Source: Eutreptiella sp. 'Long Island Sound 2002'
Taxonomy: Eukaryota > Protista > Euglenida
Reading direction: 5' to 3'
Assembly: GCA_964036045.1 (NCBI GenBank)
Contig: OZ038379.1
Coordinates: 9,114,001 to 9,178,000, forward strand
DNA length: 64,000 bases
This document shows, in pieces, positions 25,005-64,000 of the stretch. Position numbers and translations under genes: made by a program. How positions within the stretch are numbered: the stretch's first letter is position 1; each line of letters begins with the position of its first letter. The notes under the pieces are model-generated. The model was not told where the DNA came from and made no database searches. It worked only from the letters and a program-made list of their open reading frames with translations.

Positions 25005-26699
25005 TGACGCGACGGTTACGGGAGCCAAATGGACGCGCAGTCGCGCGGCAAAATGTGCTGTCCGTGGAATAGTGCATCTGTCCTGATTGCTTTGTCTAGG
25101 GGGAGGGGTGGGGCAGGCAGAACACCTCTACCCCCCACCCCAGCCCAGCCCACCCCTATAGCCCCCCCCCCCTTCAGCACTGGTGCAGTAAAGTTCGCAG
25201 AGTTAGGGATACTTCCAACAACACACTGGTTGGACTTGAGCGATTTAGTGAAAGGTGCTTGCCCCAGACACCCCCGATCCTACTTAAGAAAAAACACAAA
25301 GGGGGGGGGGGGGGGCACGGCACAGTGACTCATAGCCTCCGCCCAGTGTGTAAATTGAGCACGGTACATCTGTTTTCGCAGCGGACGCAGCACACTTTGC
25401 CCTTGCGACGGTATTGCAAGGGATCCCAGAACACTTGTGGAGTTTCCACATGAGTTGCGGCCAACCCTCTGCACGGTCTCCGACTTTAGACACTGAGCCC
25501 CCCGGGTGGCTGCCTTGGGTCCACTGGGGGACACGTCTCCAAACACTCTTGGCACCGCAAACAGGGTTTCCCTGGTCGCGGAAGGGCCACCGATGATTGG
25601 CATTCGTTCGATTGTACCCCCCCCCCCCTTGCGCATGCACGGCCTTGTCTAAGCACGGGGTGGGCGTTGAACCGCCGTTTTGAGGAAATTTTGGGACCGC
25701 TGTTTTCACGGTCCAAAAAGGAAGGATTGGGTGTTTGTAGAGCGCTTGTACAGGGAAAGAGGGGCTCAGTCATGTTTGTGATGGTGCATTCTCTTCATAA
25801 TAACATTGTACCACACATTACAACCCCATGCTGTTTGTTCTGATGTGATCTTCAGCCATGGCTAACAATGTTATGCCTGGCACAGCTGTCACGTACGTTC
25901 AGAGCACTGGGGAACATGCGTCTGCCACTATTATTGGTCCCTCTCGTCATGGGGACAACTACATCCATTTGAAGTACATGGGAATGGGAAGGAGATTGAG
26001 CACAATGCCGCTTTTGATAAAGTGCTCTTCCCCATTCGTAGCCCCTCGCCATCCCCATCTGAGGGCTCCCCCACACGTTTGCTGTCACGTGTGTCACACG
26101 CATGCACGGCCTTGTCTAAGCACGGGGTGGGCGTTGAACCGCCGTTTTGACCTGACTTTAGGGACCGCGGCCGTGCTTGCGCAAGGGGGGGGCGGGGTAC
26201 AGCTTATGAAATCCAGTTCCTTTGAACCCTGGCACCACCGACCCTGTCCCTTCCTCAGTGTGCATGGTTGTTTTATGCAGGCGGCGCCATGCGCAGGGGC
26301 TGAGTAACCTGAATACCACTAGAAGGATGAGCAGACACAATCAAAGGTGGCGACATAACCACTGCTTACTGTTTTGGTTTCCCCAACGTGGAGAGGAATC
26401 AAAGTGGCTACATAACTCTGCCTTCTCAGGTATCCAGAGCACAGTGGTGGGAAAGCGTATTAAGGAGCATTGCTCCTGCCTGGTAATGATTTGTTCAGGA
26501 CAGGCCAGTGCCTGTGAGAGGGGAGCAGGACACAATGGTGCAGAATACAGCCAAACGTTTTCAGTGCCCCAGTGTTTTGCCATCCAGCTCTGTTACTTCA
26601 CCTCCTTAGCATCTGTCGTCCTCGCTCACATGTCTGTATGTCTGTGGTGTGCAGCAGAGGGCACAACATGAACAACCCACCGGCCCTGCATGCAGTAGC

Positions 26700-28252
26700 A
26701 TGTACCCAGTGGGCCGGGCGCAGGCCGAGCGCGGTGCTGCCACGCCTTCCCGAGGGACCCCTCAGTCGAAGCCTCGCAAGGGAAAGGCAACGCATGGCCG
26801 GGCTTTGAAGCGTCCACAAGGGCCTGTCCGTGACTCCTCTGGTATGTGTCTCCCGGATTTCGAGGACATGGCCCGCATGCGCCTTCAGGGGGTACACACC
26901 GGGCCCCTGCCGAAGACCCCCCCCCCGACGGACCCCCAGTCCCGGTCCTGAAGCGACCCCCGATGCCGCGGGTTCCGTGTCACCCTCGTCGGCAGTGTCC
27001 TCCCCCCGACAGTGCTCTGCGGCCGCTCTGACCCCGAGGGAAGAACTCCTGCACGGAGCGCTGCGGCGGGGCCTCGAGGTGGCCGTGCTGGGGCTGGGGC
27101 TGCCGCAGGGGCCGCGAGACCCGGATTGCACGGTGGAGCGGGGGCGCGGGGGCGTGCGCATCACGCAGGTCATCCCCGAGACCCGGATGACGCCCCTGGC
27201 CCTGCGGCGGCACAAACGGGTCTCGCACCCCGCCCCCAAGTCCCCCGGTGCTGGCCCCCGTGACCGGCGTTCGGGGACCGTGAGCCCCGGCTCCGACATG
27301 ACCGCGCCCGATGCCGACGCCCCGGGCACGCGCAGTCCGGACCAGCCCCTGACCCGCGACCCCTCGTCCCAGTGCGGCAGCCACGCGGACCCGAGCCCAC
27401 ACCTCGACGCCCCCTCTCGCGCCCCTCTTCATCGCAAATTCTGCTCCAGCCCCAACCTCCGCGGTCCTCCTCCGATGGATCTTGCCCAACACCGCCAATC
27501 CTGCCCCAGCCCGCGCATGGCCGTCAGGAAATCCCTGTCCTTCTACTTCAACTTCCACCGCAGCTCCTGCCCAAGCCCCGACCTGGGCCGGTTCCTTCCG
27601 CCTGACCCTCAGCCCGACCCGCACCACCACGACGCCCATCAGCCCCTGGTGCCCGCGGTGGTGGTGGAGTTGGCCCCGGGGCGCCCCCGCAAGTCGGACC
27701 CAAACCCCAACTCCCATGGGGCTCTCCAGGTGCTGCCGTGCACTTTGCACGCATTCGACGAGGTGCCACGCATCCGGTCGTCCGTGTGCCCACCAGCCGT
27801 CAGCAGTTTCTGGAGTGTGAGTCAGGACTGGGACGACGTGCCCGAGGACCCCACCAGCGATGATGAGGCAGCCTGGCTACTGGAGCACAGCCGGCAGGTG
27901 GAGCCCGCGGAGGCCGACGACGAGACGCAGTTTCTCGAGCTGCTACGAGACTCGCAGGAGCACGTGCGGCTGAAGCTGGAGCATGAGAAAGAGGAGAAGG
28001 AACGTAAGAGCAGCGAGCAAGCGCAGGTTCCTCTCTCTGCCCCCCACCCCCGCCCTCTCTCTGTTTCTCTCCGTCTCTGTTTCTGTCTCTCTGCCTGTAT
28101 CTGTGTCTCCTTCTCTCTCGGTCTCTCTCTCTCTCTCTTTGTGTGTGTGTGTGTGTGTGTGTGTCTCCATCTCTCCCTGTCTGTGTATCGCTTTCTCTCT
28201 TCGTCTCTCTCTTCCTCTGTCTCTGTGTCCTTTCCTCCCTCCCTCCCTCCCT

Positions 28253-28287
<35 letters not shown>

Positions 28288-30502
28288 CCTCTCTCTCTGG
28301 CTCTCTTCCTCTGTCCCTCTATCTCTCTCTCCCACTCTATACGCGTCTCGTCCACTCTCTATCCGTCTCTCGGTCTCTCTCTCTGTCTGTTCCTCCCTCC
28401 CTCCCTCCCTCTCTGAATCTCTTCCTCTGTATATCTCTCGACCAGGGGAAGTGGGCCTTTGGGGTGCAGCTGGGGGTTGGAAGCCCAGACGACCCAGAGG
28501 AGCCGGACCCATTGGAGCCGCCGCAGACCATCGTGGCGCCCTCCGGCCGGACTCTCAACTCCCTCACATTCCAGCGGCGGCTGGACATCCACCAGATCGA
28601 TCGCGTGGGGTCGCCGCAACGCCAGAAGCTCTGGCCCCCGCGGAGGCTGTCACCCCCGTCCCGGGGGCCGCTCGGCCAAACAAGTCCCCGCTCGTCCCCC
28701 GCCCCGTCCCCCGCCACCAGCCCTCGACCCCAGACCGCCGCCTCCCGGGTGTTGAGCACGGCAGACATCCCGGCCTACGTCGCGAAGTTCGTGCAGTTCC
28801 GCAACGCCGCCTCCATCCCGTCCCATTGGGCGGCCATCAACGCCCTGAGCGAGGCGCTGCAAAACCCGTGGTGCGACCCCCCCAAGGCCGTGCAGCTGCG
28901 GCACGACACCTTGCACTCCGCCGCCCTGCAGGCGCTGGTGCGCGACCTGTGGGCGCTGTTGCCGTGCGTCGCGTGCGCGCGGCTGCAGCGCCGCGGGTTC
29001 TGGATGGTGTACCGGCGGCTGCTGCGGCAGCTGTGCCCCGACTGCCGCAGTCCCGACTGCGAGGCCCTGATCCGGTCGGAGTGGCGCGGGGCGGCCGACG
29101 GGGGGGGCGGACGTCGGCTTCACGCAGTTCTACATGGCCCTCCACGCGCTCCTCAGCCTGTTCTGCGAGGCCCTCTGCATTGAGGAGTACGCGGCGGTCG
29201 CCCGGTCGGCGCTGGGGCCGCTGGTGGCGGAGCTGCAGGCGGCCCGGGCCCGGGACCCGGAGGCGGCGGGGCGCCCCCCCCCCCGCCCCGCCCGCCCTGG
29301 ACCCGGCCCTGCTCCCGGACCTCCAGGGCCTCCTCGCCGAGCTCCGGGCGTCGGCGCAGCGCGCGCAGCTCCACTGCGTCCTCCAGCGCGCCTCGCCGCA
29401 GATCTACGCGGCGGAGTGCGAGCGCCTCGGCCTTGCCCCGGACCCCCGGGTGCCGCTGGCGCTGCCGCCGGAGCCGCAGGGCGGCCGCTACGAGTGCCCC
29501 GCCCTGAGCCTCGCGGGGCTGGGGCTGCGCTCCATCCGGCCGCTGCTGGACGTGCTCCACACGTACCGGCACCTCCGGAGCGTCTCCGTCAAGGGCAACG
29601 GGCTGCCCGCGGCGGACGTCGCGCTCCTCCTGCACGGCGCTGCTGGCGCACGCGTCGCTGCGCAGCCTCGACATTAGCCACAACCCCCCGCTGTCCAGCC
29701 AGGCCTACGCGGCGGTGCAGCAGCTCCTGCAGGGGCAGCCCCAGCTCATTATGGGGCGGTTCCGCGGGACGTGCCACACGATCATGGAGCGCAAGCTGCA
29801 GTCGCTGGTGGAGGCCAACTACCACGCGCAGGTGCTGGGGCGCGAGGAGTACTGCCAGCTCAAGCGATGCTTCGTGGCAATGACCGGCTGCAGTGACGGT
29901 GGCAGTGGCATTGGCGATGGCATTGGCAGCGGCAGGAGCAGTGCCTCTGAGGGCGGCGGTGCGGGCATGACCGTGGGTGGGGCTGTGGAGCTCCACGACT
30001 TTCTGCAGGTTCTCACAGCGACACCCCAGGACAACCCCCAACAGCACCGGCACTTTTGGGGGCTGTATCAGTTGTCCGGCTGCATCGCGCAGCACGCCTA
30101 CGAGCACGTGCAGGCGCGGGCCAGGCAGTCAGTCCTGCAAGGCGCTGGGCAGTCCCACGGGCTGTGGGCCATTGCCTGTTGTTCCCGGAAGTGCTGAAGG
30201 TGCTGTACCCCACCCTGACGTTCGCCCAGGCCCTCGATCTCATCTGCAAGTGGGAGTCCGACAGTCACCCGTTGTCATTTAGTCAGCTCAAGGCCCAAGA
30301 CCTGGAGGACATGTTCCTGTCAGCGGATGTCGAACACAACGGCAGCCGCACGGTCCATGAGATCCAGGCCGAACTCAGGCGGCGTGGCCGCGTCCCGTTG
30401 CTGGAAATGCTGGCGCATACGTTCAAGGCATTGGGCGTCGAGGATGACGAGGAGTATACACTTCAGGAGTTCTTGATGTTGCTTGGCTTACTGGAGGACT
30501 AG
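26700..30502 (+). CDS. Large two-exon protein: Pro/Ser-rich N-terminus, RNI-like LRR segment and two C-terminal EF-hand-like motifs; about five apparent single-base frameshifts
   Basis: Exon 1 is about 26700-28026; GT-AG intron 28027-28445 (CT/GT microsatellite), phase 0; exon 2 is 28446-30502. Joined frames give LSLAGLGLRSIRPLLDVL..LRSVSVKGNGL..LLAHASLRSLDISHNPPL and MFLSADVEHNGSRTVHEI / FKALGVEDDEEYTLQEFL. Shifts at about 26920 (poly-C), 29100 (poly-G), 29280 (poly-C), 29636 (extra G) and 30160. Confidence 0.65.
28027..28445 (+). repeat. (CT)n/(GT)n microsatellite-rich intron
   Basis: Mostly CT and GT runs between the GT donor and the CAG acceptor. Confidence 0.85.
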
Positions 30503-31001
30503 TGTTGTGGACCGGAGACAGGGCCTGCCTTGTATCCGTCGAAAACATGTTGGTGCGCGCAGGAGCAGCAGTCTTGGGGGAATGGCACACTTCGGTATTT
30601 GGTGCCGGGCAGGCACCGACGGTTGAAGCATGCCGCCTGCAGCAAATTTTGCTTGGGGACCGTTGGTGCCTGGTGCCGGGTGCGTCCTGCTGAGGCTCTG
30701 GAGAACATGTTCTCGTGCCCCTTGACACAGCCCAGAGGCTCGTGGGCAGGGGGTCCAAACATGCCATTTTGTCGGTTGGCAACCCGAACCCCACTTCCTT
30801 CAAATGGGTCTCCCTCAGTAGAGCCCCTCCAGGGGTTGATGAGGTGCAATGGCGCCAGAGCTGCCTCAGCAGCGCTGGAATGTTATGCCGGGGAGTGGTG
30901 AATGGCCCAGGGGGCATGTCGCTCATCACACCGTGGTGTATGGTGCAGGCAGTGCAGAGGGCATGGCTGTGGTCACCTGGCCCCGGACAGTCCTCCTACA
31001 A

Positions 31002-31763
31002 AGTGACTTCAGCAGGATTGACTGCTGGGCTGGGCGCCCGGCCCTGTTCGTCTCTCAGTTGTGGGGCACGGCGGGGACCACCTGTGGCTCAGCTTAAGTG
31101 CTAACCTCGGAAGTATGCATTCTTTCCCTTCAGTCGTGTGTACAAATTCGTCCCCAAGTAGGTCCCCAAGTAGGACCTGGGGGGCTCTGCTGGGGGGAGA
31201 TTGGCACATGTCGTATGCATGTGTGTGTGCCTGCATTGGGATAACCATTGGCAAGTGCAGGATGAGCAGAAACTCAACCTGCAATCCGATGGAAGGGCAG
31301 AGTCAGGGATTGGTCCGTGGGGCCGATGCAGCTGCACATTCCGTTTGCTGCGGTTTGGCTTTGTCTCGCAAACCATATTGGCCGTGGGCGACACCTGGGG
31401 CAACCCGGCTGACCCAACGTCCGTAGATACTGTATCACTTTCAGCCTCTGTTTCCGCATTCACGCAGTGGCCAGACCCAACAGAACAGCGTCATAAAATG
31501 GTACCGCGATCTCCCCGGGGCCTACTTTCTGTGCCGCACGGTGCCAACAATATCATTGTAGTGCGCATGGCTTGACATGGGTGCTGTACGATTGCACTTC
31601 AACATTTTCTTCCCCTGTTTGACATTGGACATGGCGTCTGGGTCAGAGTATGACTCAGACAAATCAAATGAGCAGGGTCCATCCAGGCCTGCCGCTACAT
31701 CCAGCTCCCCATGAATCGCCCCGACGCTGTTAAACCCAAGGCCGTGCCCCCCAGTGTGCTTCC
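31002..31763 (+). repeat. ~760-bp recently duplicated dispersed repeat, copy 1
   Basis: Nearly identical to 37142-37902, with only scattered substitutions or indels by eye. Confidence 0.92.
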
Positions 31764-33047
31764 TGCTGTCAGAAGTCGCCCTGCGGTAATTCTGATCGGC
31801 GCCCAGTGATCACAAACAGGATACATGCCACCGTACACTCCCGCTGTATTTTGGCACAAATTCGCCTTTTACCCAATACAACCCAATACAACATACCCTA
31901 TGACTTTGGGAACACATCATCGAACATGGCAAGGAACTCCACTTAACCTACAGCCAGAGCTAAGACTGGAGCTGGGTTGGGGTTGAAGCACATTTCCCGA
32001 ATGGATGGAGGGACTGTAGGATACAAGGTTTTGTTTTGGGTCGCACCTCCATGCGAAGCAAGCACTGGTGTTTGCTTCTCCAAGCTTTGGCTTATTTTGC
32101 CTTTTGGGCACTGGCGGATACAAGCCAGGGCTACAGGGCTACAGCCCCAGTGGATTTCAGCCTGGTTGAGCTGCAGTTGTTCAGGAAAGGAGAAGTTTGC
32201 AAAGCGGGTGGTAGGTCGTACCCACGAGGCAAGACCTGTGTCATTTATCTCAGGCTATGGTGCACATCTCTTGAAGATAGTTGCTGTGCAGAAATGTGCC
32301 GAATGCGTGGTGCATTGTGTGTTGGGTTTTAACTCCAGAATTTAGCCAGTCACATTGCACTTTGTGGGTCAAGGCTGTGTGTTGAAGCAACTCTCTGAGT
32401 GAAGAGGCTACGGCTACAGCTGAATGGTGATGCTCATGGTGCCTGACCTGATGAAACCTGCCTGTATTATATCATGAATGTTCGAAGGAACTGATTCGTT
32501 GAAGATCGTCTTTCTCTGGCACAGAACAATGGGAAAGTGGTTTGTGATCAAAATTTGTGTGACGAAAGGTGCTTGGGGCAGAACGGTGAAAGGGACAATC
32601 TGCCTGAGTCTACCTTAACACCAACTACCATTCCCCATTTCTTCCTACCAGCAGACAAGGGGTGGCCCGGGGGGAGGGGCATTGTGTACATCAGTTGATA
32701 AACCCTGCAGCCTTATGCCCCCTCTGAGTGAGGATGGCGGGTAGGTGGTAGAGCTGACAATGGATTTTCTAAGATTTTGGGTTTGAAGCTCTGGAACAAT
32801 CTCAAATAGTCATCGATGGTGCCGGACAGTAACAAAAATTTGTGGGGGGTGGCATTTATGGTGAGTGGTGTGTTCTGCAGTGGGGTTGTCGTGGGCAGTT
32901 TAAGAAAGTTTTCTTGTGCTTCAATTGATTCTTGGTGATTGTTTCCATGCTCTGCTCCTTGCTCTGCTTTGTTTTACATGAAAAGCCAATTGTTTTTGAT
33001 GAAGGAAACCAGAAGGAGGGCACTCAGCAAGTAGGCAATGCACTAGT

Positions 33048-33375
33048 CCAAGGGGGAGTATTAGCGCGCCGGGCACACACCGGGCATCTTTTTTTGACCA
33101 TTCCCCACCCATGCCTGTTTTTGCCCCCCCTCACCAAACAATCTGGAATACCTTCTCGCTGTCTAAGAATCTGGCCCGCCCTTTGCACCCAATTTATGAT
33201 GATGGCAAGGGTGGTGGTTGGAAGTGGTGGGAGTGACATTTTGTGTCGTTGAATTCTCATGTTTGGGCTTATGCAACGTGCTTTGCACGGAAGGTTTGCG
33301 GTCTAGTGCGGTCTACTTGGGGGACGTCCCTAGGTGAGGATAAACTTGGGGCTAGAGATAGGATACTTAATACAA
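33048..33375 (+). repeat. Dispersed ~325-bp repeat, copy 2 (of 14581-14905)
   Basis: Direct sequence match. Confidence 0.85.
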
Positions 33376-35448
33376 GGGTAGCGCGCCGCGCACGCCCCGG
33401 GCCGAAATTCTCCCCAAACAGAGAAGCACCTGGGATCAAGTAGAAAATGATAGACAAACATGGAAGGCACTGCACATCAACCAATAGGTGGTTTGACCAA
33501 AGATTTGAAATGATAGTAGATTTGAATAGAAAAGAGCAAACCACCGGATCCCCACCCGGCCTGGGCACAAAAAGCACGGAAGGAAAATGTGGGCATAGTG
33601 TTGGCTCACCTTAGTTGGTATCAGCGCCTTCCCCTCAACACCTTCGAGAGGGTTCAACTCATCAACACTGCATGGACATACCGTAGCCTGTTCATGCCCA
33701 GTGAAACCATGTGCCTCCCCTTTGTACTGGCCGCCCATGGCATGGCGCACAACTGTTGACGACATACGCCATTCCCACATCACGCTTCACGTAACGTCGC
33801 CACTGGAAGTAGGGGGGCCTAGGATTGCACTAGATATACTGGTCTCACTGCACTAGGTTCGACACAGCCCCACCCTCCCACCCTGAGGAGGATTCTATGG
33901 CTACACTTTGCCCTATGCACACATGGGCATGTGGGCCAAGACAACATATTGCTTTCCTTTCGCGCGCGGCCTGCTTGTTTGCCTGCCTGTGTAAGTCTTT
34001 TCCGGTAGGTCAAACACTGCATTTGCGCCGCGTATCCTGGCTGCGCACCTAGACAGGCATCGACGTGTCAGTTTGGAGGGTACCCGCTGCAGTAAATACG
34101 CGGACAGCCTACGCAGAAAACACCAGACCGGCTTCAACAAAGGCTGAGCGCAGGTGCCTCCAATGGGCAGCTATGCTAGTACCGTTCATGGGGCTAGAGC
34201 CCTCGTGGAGATCCCATCAGTCCTCTGCCCGCAAGCATGCGGGGCTAGCCTCCACACACCGGGCGCAGGGCCCGACGTCCATAGGGGGGGGGAGAGGGAG
34301 CATGATTCAAGGTTCGCATTTTCCTTGGTGAGCTTTAGTGAGAAGAAGCAGTACGTGTTGATCCCCAAGTGCCTGTCTGTCCAGGGAATGGTAGGGATCA
34401 CACACGCGCGACCGAACCCCGTAGAACGGTTGTTCCCGAAGGGAATGAGAGTTCTGCCCAAAGGGTGAGGGAGCGCGAAGGCTGAGGTGTCCCACACAGC
34501 ACTGATCTCCCGTGTTTTGCTTGTAGCCTTAAACGTTGTGACCCTGCTCCTCTACTCCCCTGCCTGTAATGGACCCGCCTGCCCACCCACAGTCTATCGC
34601 CGGGAACGAGAACCTGGGTACATGCCATGTCACCCAGACTTTGTGTGAACTTTGGTGAGAAGAAGAAGCATGCCTGGGTCTACAAGTGTCTGTCCAGGGT
34701 ATGGTAGGGATCACACACGCGCAACCGAACCAGGCAGAACAATGCTGAACAGTGCAGCACAATTTGTGAACTGAGATGGCAAATGAAGGCTGTGTGGCTG
34801 GAGCAAAGTGGTGGGTCCACACCTGACCATTGGAGCCTACTGAGCTTCGGCAAATAGTGGGGTGGTGGTTTGAATCGGGATCAGTTCTGGTGGCCACGGG
34901 GCAAGATGCAGAGGATGGCTTGATGGACCAATGGTGAAATTGTCCGTGGTGGGGGCATTCCATCTATCAGAACCGACCATTGAAGCACCTCATGCAGAGG
35001 GTGTGATGTCTTTGGACACCAGAATTCATGCTCCGTCTCCTCAGTCTTCGTTGCCAGTAGCACCCAGCACCCAGCACGCATGCACGCATGCACGCATGCA
35101 CCCGCACATGCGCGCATGCAGACATCTGCACACGCCAACACAGCCACAAGTGTGCACAGGGGCATGCAGCGGACAAAACAACAGTTGTTCCGATCAGCTA
35201 GCTCCGGGGCTCGTTCGTGCATCCTCGGTGTCGTGCCAGGACCCTCCCTGAAGCACTCTGGGCCAGACAACGCTGTAGTGACCCGAACCAAGAGGCGTGA
35301 CTCAGCCATTGCAGAAGAGAGAGGGCAGGGTCCGGAAGTAGTATCAGTGAACAACCTTCTCCTTCAGCCCCCTGCAAACCCTTCTCCTCGCTGTTGCAGT
35401 TGCAGCCCTGCACACGACGCCGACGGGGCAGTTTCTCGTATCGATACG

Positions 35449-63732
<28,284 letters not shown>

Positions 63733-64000
63733 GTGTGCTTGGGGGTTGGGAATGCGGTGGGGGGTTTGGTATGCCGCGGGGTGTGTGAGCCTCTGAAGCA
63801 GTACGGGGTGGGGGTGGGGGTGGGAAAGGGACTGAGATGTCGGGCCCCGGATGAAACCCGGAGTCTGAGGACCGCCGGTGGCTCAAAAATAGGGCTTCCA
63901 AGCAGCTGCGGGTGAGAATGACATCGCCAGCGATGTTGTTGTTTGGGGCGGTTTGAATCCATGTTGGTTTGGGTACCCCGTTTTTTTGGGGGGGGGGGGG

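Noticed and set aside
20560-25330. Split direct or inverted terminal repeats for the YR element
   Set aside because: Only weak similarity (aaagtt, gcag.ttag, C runs) between the flanks; not supportable by eye.
29090-30170. Euglenid non-conventional introns as the cause of the frameshifts in the LRR/EF gene
   Set aside because: The frames rejoin with single-base changes and no removable intervening sequence or hairpin was seen.

Overview
Repeat-rich eukaryotic genomic DNA with GC-rich exons, long GT-AG introns and probable trans-splice acceptors. It is most consistent with a euglenid/euglenozoan protist; this is inference, as no database search was possible. Host genes on the + strand: an intronless bacterial-type DUF1761 membrane protein (570-956); an intronless acylated LRRC57-like LRR protein (6590-7468); a two-exon LRR/EF-hand-like gene with several apparent frameshifts (about 26700-30502); and a gene of at least 9 exons (35449 to beyond 63732) whose phase-consistent splicing gives signal peptide - CAP/SCP - two Sushi-like repeats - complete GH17 beta-1,3-glucanase - TSP1 - Cys-rich domain. 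The most striking finding is in intron 4 of that gene: an endogenous CRESS (circular ssDNA) virus segment. It comprises a Rep SF3-helicase C-terminus (54549-54866, minus strand, three stops, not visible in the ORF track), an intact 11-bp origin stem-loop carrying CAGTATTAC (54512-54545) and a capsid N-terminal half (50691-51122, minus strand). Three TA-targeting non-autonomous elements (3.3 kb) split it at what appears to be the viral TATA box. Also present: a nearly intact Gag-YR-RT/RH (VIPER-order) tyrosine-recombinase retrotransposon (20839-25004), LINE/L1, RNase H and Penelope-like fragments, several TIR elements, tRNA-derived SINE-like heads, an 85-bp satellite, a ~480-bp tandem array and long microsatellites.
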